From: Chrysomallon squamiferum
Lineage: Eukaryota; Animalia; Mollusca
DNA: 64,000 nt
Reading direction: 5' to 3'
NCBI GenBank assembly: GCA_012295275.1
Contig: CM022671.1
Coordinates: 17,980,001-18,044,000, forward strand
A model generated the notes under the pieces. That model made no database searches. It saw nothing but the letters and a program-made list of their open reading frames with translations, and was not told where the DNA came from. A program made the position numbers and the translations under genes. This document shows positions 14,601 through 26,131 of the stretch, one piece after another (the stretch's first letter is position 1; each line of letters starts with the position of its first letter).

Positions 14601-16665
14601 GTGTTGTGTGAGTGAGTATGCGTGTGTGTGTATGTATTATAATCCAGCATTACTAAGTTTTAAATACTTTATTTGTTAATATAGACTCTACACAATTGTT
14701 ACATGATGCATACATATGTGTGTTGAGTAAATTTAATCATATATTTCATGCCAAATATATGTGTTTGTATATTTGTATGTATGTGTGTATGTATATAACT
14801 ATTACAGACTTTAATCAAGGAAATATTGTCTTAGCATTTGTCTGAATCACATGTACACTGGATAAATCATATATTTCATATAAAACTAATATACCTGTTT
14901 AGTGTCTGAATGTACTGCAATTGTTACACAAGACACACATATTAAAAAAGTCACGTATTTCATATCAAACTGATATATACAGTCTGTAACCACCTTAGAC
15001 TTTAATCTAGGATCGCTGGGCTTTGAAGAATTATTCGTGTGGCTTTCTTGTGGTTCATAAAGCTGTATGATTAGGACTATTCCCTCAGAGGAACAGGAAT
15101 GTTTAAACTGATAATAATAATATTAACAACAGTACAAGGGAAGAATACTGATCAAAGCCAAGATAAAGCAAGTTCCATTAAAATGATTTTATTTTAATTA
15201 TTTCCTGTAACTTTCAAAGAGATATTTATTTAATGATATTATATCAGTTGCTGATAACTCTATTACATAAGAATATAATTATTTTTGGTTTAACTGAAAT
15301 TGGTTTTCGTCAATACACAAGTTATTATCAGAATACAAAAAGTTACTGCTTTTAAATTAATGGCACTTATAAGTATTAGTAAGTATCCATATTGCAATGA
15401 GTACTAAATATATTAAAAGAGATAATAATAAAACAAATTATGAAGTGGTTGTTACAGCTCTAATGGTTACAAAAGAAGGATTGCTTTTAAGTTCTATATA
15501 ATGTCTATTTGTCATCTTTATGTGAGCATTTGTGTTTATGTCTGGTTATACATAGAGTGTAAGATTTTTGTGTCAAAATATACTCATTTTTTAAATCCAC
15601 AGAAATCATTAAATATTTAAAAAGTTAATTATTTCTTCTGAACAATTATATATTTAAAATACATATCTGACTTATCATTTTGTTTTATTGTATTCAAACA
15701 ATAATTTAACTTGCAAATCAAAATATTATTTACTTCATTATATTTATTTATTTATTCATCTATTTTATTATATTTTTTTAACTTTTATTATAATTTTTAT
15801 TTTACTTTATTTTATTTTATATTTGCTAAATTTTATTATAAAAATTCACAAACATTCCATTATATACAAAAGGACATTTTAAATAATTAAATTTCTACAA
15901 TGATAAAAGTGCGATGTATTAAATGAAACTGTTCAATATTGAGTTTAATTCATGCATGGTCACATTTTTAAATGATGAATGGACAATGAACATGCCACAA
16001 AGAGATTTCTTTTAAAGATACTTTATAATTTGCAGTTTACACAGAGACACTTGGTGGTTATTGACAGAAAGTAAACACAACAATAGCCGCAGTGCAAACA
16101 AAGTTCAAGAAACAGTCATTCCAGTCACTTCACAGCGAGAGTATATCTGAGAGAAAACATTTAAAAACTGTAAGCAGTATTTGTTCAACAGTAATAGTGT
16201 ACATATCGCTTAAAAAGAAAAGTGGGTTTTTTTTTTATGTTAACTTTATGAAAATCCTGTCATTATAAAAATTTAGTTACATACTGTCTTCTTTTTACAC
16301 ACATTTAATAATTAAATTAGTAATAATAATAATAATAATAATTACAATATAAATGTGTGCACTTTTTAAAAATATATATCTTAATAATGAATAGCCTAAT
16401 TTAGGGGGAAAAAAAATTATTGTAAAGTATCTAAAACTGCAAACTGTTAGCACTAACAGTTGTGGTGAGAACAGGAATATGCCAAATACATTGATGAATG
16501 AAACAAAGAAAGTTGATTGTTTTCCCTATTTTTAATTTTTTTTTTAAGATGGGAGAAGTCACTTATACTTTCAAATATTTTTAATAATGAATTTATGAAG
16601 ATGACTCTTCATTGATAACAATCCCAGGTTCCATCATTAAAACAGTGTAAAATATTAAACATATT

Positions 16666-16770
<105 letters not shown>

Positions 16771-16971
16771 GGTCATATAAATGAACATCTGTGCATGCTT
16801 TTAATTATATGTGTCACATAAAGCTGCAAGTGTCTAGTATTCCAATGCAAACGTACCTCTGTCGCTTAAATTTAAAGTTAAACTAGGTTCAGCTGTCTGT
16901 TTAATTTTACGTTTTTATTTATTTATTTATTTATTTATAAAATGTGACATCCAGACAACAGGTCTACTCAC

Positions 16972-17128
16972 CTGACAAACTCTTTATCTTGTCAAGGATA
17001 AGTTTCTCTTTAACTGTGTTATAGACAGCGTGCAGACGCCGTCGGAAAAGTAGAAATCCTGTATAGCACGTTATAAGGAAATAAACTCCGAGAATAGTAA
17101 AGGCAGCCTTTCTGAACGACAACCTCAT
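16972..17128 (-). CDS. RXYLT1: first coding exon of a type II membrane glycosyltransferase, probably ribitol-5-phosphate xylosyltransferase 1 (TMEM5)
   Basis: ATG at 17128 reads MRLSFRKAAFTILGVYFLITCYTGFLLFRRRLHAVYNTVKEKLILDKIKSLS and ends in a consensus donor CAG|GTGAGT (phase 1). It resembles the recalled human N-terminus [33 protein letters not shown]. No downstream WNPW exon was found in the window. Confidence 0.65.
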
Positions 17129-17762
17129 TTCACCATTCTATTGCCGACAGACACTCTTTCACTTTCTTGTCATAGTTCCGCAAAAGATTCCCGCCGTTCG
17201 GTTGTTCAAAACACTTTGGACACCTAAGTCCCTGCGATCGACAGTGAAAGTAGAATCCACTATAAATTTATCGACCTGTGACATACGCCCGGAAGAGAAC
17301 TCCCTCATCCCAAATATAGAAGAGTCACGTGGATTTTATTTCCTGTAGTAGTCACTATCACACTAGTTATCTTATAATACAAAGTTATGAATTAAATAAA
17401 TGATTGTAATGGAAATTTTCGCCTGAATTTTCATATATTTTCAAGAAGTAGTATTAAATAACGGGGAGTAAGAATAAATTATAAACTCAGTAACACGGAA
17501 ATCATAGAATCTCAGTAGATTTTACTTTATTTATTTCAAATTTCTCATTGCATTTATGATTACATTATTTTTTGTAGTTAACATAATGAGTTTTAAAGAT
17601 ATATAAATATCAATATAATAATTAATAATTATAAGATTGCACAGGTCAAATTTAATGACACTTCATGTTCACATACTGCATAGGACATATCCGAATAACG
17701 GTGAAAGAAGAAAACAATCAGGTTTTAGGAACATAGCTTTGTTCGTAAAACAAAAATGGCTG
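17129..17762. promoter_or_regulatory. bidirectional CpG-rich promoter between RXYLT1-like gene and THUMPD3
   Basis: Local CpG enrichment; E2F-like TTCCCGCC 17188, ETS CCGGAAG 17289, E-box CACGTG 17326, and YY1-like AAAATGGC overlapping the THUMPD3 ATG. Confidence 0.7.
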
Positions 17763-18389
17763 CGCCCACAGAAGACACCATGGACAAAGAGAATATCCCA
17801 GAAATTGTGGAAATTGAAGCTACCGTTGCTACTGGCTTTGAACAGATTGCAAGAGAAGAAGCTGAAGAAATACTTGGTACACAGCCGAGGACAGGACGTG
17901 GGAAAATAAATATGAAAATACCTCTGAATGAAGCATTCAAAGTTAGTCATTTTTTATTTTAAATTTCAATTTCAAGAGAATTTGGTTCATAAATTTTACA
18001 CTTAAATTAAAAAATAAACAGTAATATAACTGAACTATGAAAATGTTTAAACTCTAGGAATAAAGAAAACAACAAATTAAAACTCGATTTATAAAAAAAA
18101 TATATATATTATTAATATTTTTTTATTTTATTATTTTTTTCTAACATTAAAAAAAATCTCTAGTCAAATAGTTGTTGTATTTAAAATTTAATAATTCCAA
18201 AACCGTAACAGTGAAAACCAAACAATAACAGGATAGGCATCAACTGGAATATTTTTTTTTTAAATTTAATTTTTTTATTTCAGGTGCTTAATCTTGGATG
18301 TATTGACAACATTCGCGTGGTGATGAGTACAATGACAAATGTTGAATTCACTAAGAATGAGGTATGTTATATGAACTAAAAGTCTGATA

Positions 18390-18429
<40 letters not shown>

Positions 18430-21400
18430 CAACATCTTTATTTTCCCCTTTCATTATTTTGCACTTTATACATCTTGTCTACTTCATGAAAGTACAGGAG
18501 CAAATGAACATAATTCTAAAGTTTTAATGAATTATATTTTTAAAAAGTAAAACCTTTTTTATTTTTTGAGTGGGGGAATCATAACTGTTTTGTTGTCATC
18601 TAACTTCTTGTACACAAAAAGTGCATTTCCTCTATGTATATTTTATTTATTTTTTTCCAGACGGATTGTATGAAAAGACTAAGAGAAATTGTAAAAGATG
18701 TAGAATGGACCAGAGGTTTGAAAGTGTGGGGGAAAGTATATTCCTTTCCTCATCCTATCTCACCAGTTCCTGATGTCATACCAGAAAACTTGGGTGAACC
18801 ATTCATTGTGTCAAGGGAAAAACAACCTAAAAAACAAAAGGATAAAAAAATGAAAAAAGATAAATTTCAGAAAGAAAAGGAGCTGAAACGTAAAATCAAA
18901 GAAGGGAAATTAAAAGATAAGCCCAGTCATGAATGTAAAGAACCTGGCATGGAAAGTCAGAAAACCGAAGAATCAGGTAAACCACAAGAATCTCTTGAAA
19001 CAGGACAGTTTGACGATGTTGAAGATGATGCTGACAAAAAGCTTAAAAGAAACGGTAAAGCTCGTGACAGTTCTGGCGACATGAATGACGATGAAGGAAG
19101 TGCAGAAAAACAAACTGGAATCTCATCAGTGGAAGATGTGAAACTTGAAGACGTTTCAGGCGCAACTGAAAATGTAGCATCTGCTGATGAAAACAGCAAA
19201 ATGGAAGAAAACACTGTCGATGATCAGAAAACTAATGAATGTATGACAGATGGAAATAACTCAGCAGTAACTGTGGAAGAGAATAACAAATTATCTCAAC
19301 CTGATTCAACAGATAAGCAGGATGCCACCGAGGAAGCTGAACAAGAGGAAGGGATCGAAGAGAAAACGAAGAAACGAGACCCAACCAAACCAACTTTCCG
19401 AGTGACCTGTAATCGTACTGGAGAAGGTCACAGCTTCGATTCTATGTGTGCTGCGGCCAATTTTGGTGATGCTGTTCAGAATTATTTTGGATGGAATGTG
19501 GACATGAAAAATTTTGACATAGAAGTGATATTGAATATAGAGGACCGAGATGTTTCAGTTGGTATTGGCTTGACAAAACAGAGCCTTCATCGACGAAACC
19601 TCTCCAGTTTTGGACCAACAACACTCAGACCCACCATTGCTTATAACATGCTCAGGTATGGTTTAAGTTTACAGTTAACTTTTAAAATAATTTAAAATAT
19701 ATCACAAGCAGTTGAATGCTTTTTTATTTTATTTTTTTTCTTGGATTATTTCTTTACTTCAATCAGTAAAATAAAATGTTATTAATACAGATAAGATTAT
19801 ATTGTTTGCATACCATTTACAGTAATATTAATTTATTCATTATTTTAAAATAGTTAAAATGTAATAAAATTTGTCCAATTAATAGTATATATGCGTATTT
19901 TAATACACGTGTATGTTATTAATTTGTTTGAAAAGGCATAGATATTATTACACATTTAAATAACATTTCTTTTTTTTTCTTTTTTTTAAATTTAGTTTAT
20001 TATCATATCTCAGCATTATTTCTGAAATAAATATTAAATACTAAACAGTCTTAACTATGAACATAAATACAAGTAATCTTTGTTCTTGTGTTACAGAATG
20101 TGTAGGATACACCCAGGTGATGTAGTGTGTGACCCAATGTGTGGCAGTGGAAGTATTCCTATCCAGGTAGAACATGCCACAACATTTATAATACTTATAA
20201 TTCTCTGTCCATATTTTTTCATTTATATTAACCAGGAATCAAATCATAGAACCTTTTCCATCCTTGCTGTGTATAGTAAATTAATAAACATCAATTTCAA
20301 ATAATTCTGATGTTATTTTTTTGTTATTATTTTTTTTTTCCTTGATTAAATATTAATTGTTTTCTGTATCATTCACAAGCTAGAATGGTTTATTGATGAG
20401 ACTTTTTATCTGTAATTATAATATAAATGATATGCAAAAAGGATTTAATAAAATATTTTGAATTATTTTTGATTTACTAAAGGTTCAGGTTCAGATTAAT
20501 CATGGGACAGTAAAATTACCAAAAGCCGTATCTTTCCTGTCAGTGTTTGTTTTCTTTGTTTTGTATATGATCACTACAGCTACAAGTTCTGCAGTTAGTC
20601 GATTGACAAATTGTAATATTTATTTAAAAACTGGGTTATTTTGCTGTTTTATTTACTAGGGTGCTATTAGCTGGCCTTGGGGTTACCATTTGTGTGGAGA
20701 TAACTTCCCTAAAGCCTGTGACAGAACCATGGAGAATATCACCAGTCTCAACATGTCATACAAACAGCAGAACAAGTGAGTATCAGCTGATAATGGTGCT
20801 GTGTACACAAGTTAGACCCCCACACAAAACACATACACATAAAGACAGAGTAAGATGCAACATTTACTTATTTTCTTGTTATTTTATTTTAAATACATAT
20901 ATACACACATAGAGACACAAACAAACAAAACATATTTATTTCCTTGTTATTTTATTATATATTTATTTATTTGTTTACAGGAGACCAATTTCTCTTGATG
21001 TTGCTAAATGGGATGTGTGTAATCTTCCTCTACAAGACAGTAGTGTGGATATTTTTATCACTGATCTGGTAAACATTTTACTTATTTCACATTCTTTTAT
21101 TATTAATACACATATATATTTATTATTTAATAAAACTTTGTCATGAAAATAGCTGCTAGAACTTAGATGGTGTATTATTTATTTTGTATTCTTGCAATTT
21201 TCTGCAGCAGTCACAAGCTAAATAATTCTTTGGAAATGATGTCAGATTTGAAAAATATCTTTTTTCTAGAACTATTGTATTCTTTGATAATTTATAATTT
21301 TGTCCAATTGTTATTTATTTACTTGTTTTATTATTTGTGACTTTTTAATTTTTTCTATTATTACATCATTTATTTTTTTATTTCACTGCAGCCTTTTGGT

Positions 21401-22836
21401 AAAAGGTAAGTCATTTATCAAACAAAAATTCCTAAGTATTCAGATTTAGTTGTAAATACATAATTAATAAGCAATGATTGTGTTATGTGAAAAATGAATC
21501 AGTTTAATGGCATTAATCCTTTCCTTCATTATCTTAATCTCTGGATTAAGACTGGAATAAACTTCCATCCCAATTCACATTTTAATTTTGCTGAATATGT
21601 TATTAATATTGAAGGTTGTAGGTCTTATTATTATTATTATTATTATTATTTTATTATTACAGTAACAATAGGTCTTAAGATCATGTTGCAGGGATTAATT
21701 TATAGATTTTAAAAAATCAGATTTTCAAGAATGTATTTGCCAATTCTTAGAGTATTTTAGTAAATATTTGCAGTAATTTTATATTTTTTCCATTAGATAA
21801 GCATTAAGCCTTTATTTATTTATTACTCTTTATTTTTTTAACAAATTCACTTTGTATTCGTCTCTGTTTCAAAGATTTGTAGGGAAAAAGATAAAATGAA
21901 ATAGACATATAGACAGTTAAATAAGGTTATATGTAGATAAATATGACATTATAATTTTTAACACAAATATTTTATTTTTACTTTAGGATGGGGTCAAAGT
22001 TCAACAACATGACTCTGTATCCTGCAGCTCTCACTGAAATGGCTCGAGTGTGTCGGCCGGGCTGGGGTAGAGCTTGTTTTCTCACCGTGGACAAGAAATG
22101 TATGATAAAGGTAAGAAAAAATCAGATGTTAACAGTTATTAAATATGATTCTACTTTTATATAAAACAAGATTATCCTAATGGAAAAACCTACAAACACC
22201 ATTTTTAGGATCATTGATTCCTAATTTGAAACAAAGCAACATCAGCATGCATTTCCTCTGGTATATAGGAAAAAGCACATTAAAAGAGAAATAATTAATG
22301 TACGAATTTGAAGTATTTAAAAATTTATTCCATTTAGAAAATGATTTACTTAACAAAGGTCAGATATCAATTTTCAAAAGGTACATGATCTAAATGTTTT
22401 TAAAATCAGAATAATAAATGGCAAAAAATTTACACTTATTTTCTGATCTTTGTATTAAGTCAGTCAGAAGATTTCTAATGTTCCATTTCAGACAATGCAG
22501 TCAATGACGGTTCGTCGCTACTGGCAACGGCGCATGATCCTTGGCATCAACTTGGGAGGTCTGGCTGCAGGCGTGTTCCTTCTGACCAGAACAGAATTCC
22601 CTTTTACCCACAATACTAAGAATGCTCAGGATAAATGTTCAGAACCTGCTCCACTGAACAGCAAGCAGATGTCTGCAGAACGAATGGCCGCCATTCAGAT
22701 GGCCAAAGACTTAACTAGTCGACCACTTGAAAATCCACAAGAAAATAATGCAGCTGAAAATAAAGAGACTGAAGTGACAGAAAAACCACATCAGGCTGAA
22801 CCAGAGGTTGAGATGAAAGCAGAGAGTGATAAATAG
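17756..22836 (+). CDS. THUMPD3: THUMP-domain tRNA m2G6 methyltransferase, 9 exons
   Basis: Exons 17756-17941, 18284-18361, 18661-19655, 20097-20166, 20660-20775, 20981-21068, 21392-21405, 21987-22110, 22492-22836, all GT-AG and in phase. Motifs ATVATGFE, FRVTCNR, FGWNVDMKNFD, LHRRN..FGPTTLRPTIAY, DPMCGSGSIP (SAM binding), TDLPFGKRMGS, EMARVCRP. Confidence 0.95.
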
Positions 22837-25309
22837 ACAACAAGTGGAGATGTACTATATGGTTGATTGAACTGGCTTAAATATATTTTGTGTACTTTCA
22901 AATGATTTATTTATGAGGTCCATTCTTTACTAATAAAACCTGTAATTATAAAATAAGAAGATAACATCACTTAATAAATAGAAATGTAAAAATAAAAATT
23001 TGAAACTTATTATAAAAAAGCCATATCCTGTTCTGACTTTTAGACATTTATAGATGTAATCAGAACCAAAAAATAATAATAATAACTCAGACTCAACAGA
23101 TCATGTTTTTGTTATAATGCTTTATTGTTAACAAAGATTTGTCAACATAACAGTCAATTTGGAAGCATACAAAATATATTTAAAAAGGATTTTGTTTCAA
23201 ACAATAAAAGGTCTACATTAAATATTGTCAAAACAACGCACAACAAAAACTGTTAAACATAATTCATTTGTTACAGCAATAATTGGTATCTTTTTACAAT
23301 GTCGTAAATATAAACAATTTTGCAAAAACTCATTGTTTCATTAGATTATTAACATAATTTTTCAGTTCCTTGTATCATCAATTGATTAAAAAGTTCAATA
23401 GAATCTATATTTAACTTGACTGTTGTAAAAATTGTTAAAGATGCTTTTTGTAATTAGATAGTTAATTAATTTGAATGAACAGAATATTTTAAAAATTAAA
23501 TTTGCATTATTAGTGAAATACAAAGAAAAAAGATAAAACATATATATAGTATGTAAACAGTTTTTATTATGATGATAAAACATAATTTGTCAACATTTGT
23601 TACTGTTAATTTATTACAGTGACAGCAAGAAAAAAATTGTGTCCTGACTGATCCCAGTGATAAAATCATAAATAGAATAGAACATTTCTGTATATTAATT
23701 TACTAAAGTGATAAAACATAATTTGTAAACACTTAATATTTGTAATTTATTACAGTGATAAAAGACAAAATATACAACAAAACATATTTGTCATTTAATT
23801 TTGTTAGTTTCACATTTAGTCAGTCTGTTTAGATTTTGTTTGTTCATTTGTCATAATAACTATGTATTTAAGGTAACAATTTAATGATTACATCCAAACA
23901 GCTACAAATGCTGCATGTACAAATCAAATTTTATGGATGGTTCCAATTTTCCTTTCTTTTTTCCCATTTTCTTTTTTTTTTTTAAATTATCAAAATTCTC
24001 ATTTTCACCAGACTGTTCAGTTAATCTTATTTGTGATTTGTTTAATATTGTTGGTATTGTCAATACATATCATTTTGTATGATTGGTGCATAAGTAAATT
24101 TTACTTGTTTTGATAGAATTCATAAGTGAATTACTGTGTAATACCTAGTTCAACGTAGCTATTTTTACCATTAAAAACATTTAAAGTAAATTGGTAATTA
24201 AATAAATAAAAAGGAGTTAAAGCATTAACTTACCAAATCTGGGGCATTTTTTATGTTATTTATTTATTTTTTAACATTATTGTTGTTTGTTTTGGTGTTC
24301 AGCCTTTCTGAAAACAAAAAGATGACGAAAGGAGAATCTTCTTTTTTTTTTTTTTTTAATTTATACTATAATAACTATTTTGATTTTCTTGTCTTTATTT
24401 ATGTTATAAAATAATTTTGTTTACTGATTTACTATTACTTTTAGAATTAATTTGTATTTATTGACACGAAAAAATATGTTATTAATACCCCATAATTATT
24501 TTCAGAACATTTCTATTTCATCTACAGCAAATTCTTTTGGTGGTTCATTTAGTGCCTTGAATGTTTGATATTGTAAGTTATTGTGATGAAAGTTATTAAA
24601 CAATTTTGAAAGCTCAAGGATTTATTTATTATTTTATTTTAATTACAGTTACATCATTACCATTGTCATCATCATCATCATTACTGAAAAACATGGAACA
24701 ATCTCTACCTTTTTCAGAAAACCTCTATTTGAAATTATGTACTAAACTGTAAACTGAACTTATTTGTATTAACATTATTATTACTAAATATAATGTGTAT
24801 GAAAAACAATGCTACATGATACAAAATGATGACAAAGTTTTGGATTCCATTCACTGAAAAGCAGGCTGCTGTGATGAGATTTGACAGGTCACTGGATCAA
24901 TACATTGGAGTACACCCAACTGACATTTCTCATTCTACAAAGTGGGTATGGCTGTTTTATTTCATGTTGTGATATATGCTTTCATGTTTATCATGTATAT
25001 GATGAAAAAAAAATCCCTTCGATATGATAAAGTGGTGATGATAGTAGATTTTTCTGTAACGCTTAATTTTTTTTTTTTTTTTTTTTTTAAATAGCCGTAT
25101 GTAATTTAAAATAAGCATGTACATGACTGACACTTTTTTTTTTTTTTTTTTTTTTTTTTGGTTATATTTCTTTATTTATTATGATGTGTTACCAATGGAA
25201 ATAAAAAAAAAATAAAATAAAAAAAATACTAATGAAATAAAACAATTTGGAAATATGCAATATGCATTTAGACTTCAACGTATCTCACTATCTGCAAAGG
25301 AACGCTTAT

Positions 25310-25720
25310 TTTTGTATCATATTACTAAGGCACACTCGCAACAGTTACACACGGTCACTAAATATTTAAACAGCTGACATTTATAACTAGATACTTGAAA
25401 ATAAATACGTCCAACTTAAACACAAAATGACAGAGTACCAGCATTTTGTTAAACCCATACAATATTTTGTCGACATTCGGTCCAAATCTAAATGGAATTA
25501 GCTCCCTTAGATCCGTGGCGGCGGGAGAAATCGGAAAATGTTAACAACTTTATCTTGTGTCCGATCAAATCAGTGCGACGATGACATGCATTTGTAATGA
25601 TATTTATTATTTATATAAACATATATATTTCACATGCATTTTCGGCAAGGGTAAAATATGATGATTATTATTGAATATAAGGCGACATTTGCATCAGATA
25701 AACTCATCTTTTATCAACAT
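25310..25720 (+). promoter_or_regulatory. probable XPC promoter and non-coding first exon
   Basis: Isolated CpG-rich patch (ccgtggcggcgggagaaatcgg, E2F-like) about 600 nt upstream of the ATG. Candidate donor at about 25651 and acceptor tttcag at 26003. Confidence 0.55.
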
Positions 25721-26131
25721 TAGCCCATTCCCGATTACTAGGATTAACATTACATTTTGTAAACAAACATTTGTCAAATGATTTGCGTTAAATGATTAAT
25801 ACAGAAGAAGTAGATGGTACATTTTAGAATTACGCTATATCTTTGATTTAAATATAAATAATATAATATAATTAGCGAAAAAACAAACAAAAAAACTACA
25901 GAATTATATTTTCATTCTTTTCTCTTTAAATAAACACTATGAAGTAATTTAGCATTTAATGGCATCCACCAGAAAATGTATTTAGTAAATTTTTATATTT
26001 CAGTTTTACAACTGTTATTTTGAGAATGAGTGTGATTCTATATGGATAAAATGTTGAAACTTATTTTAAAAAAACAATAAAATACAAAAAATAGTTGTAA
26101 TGGCTGCAAAGGAATTTCATTAAGAACAACA

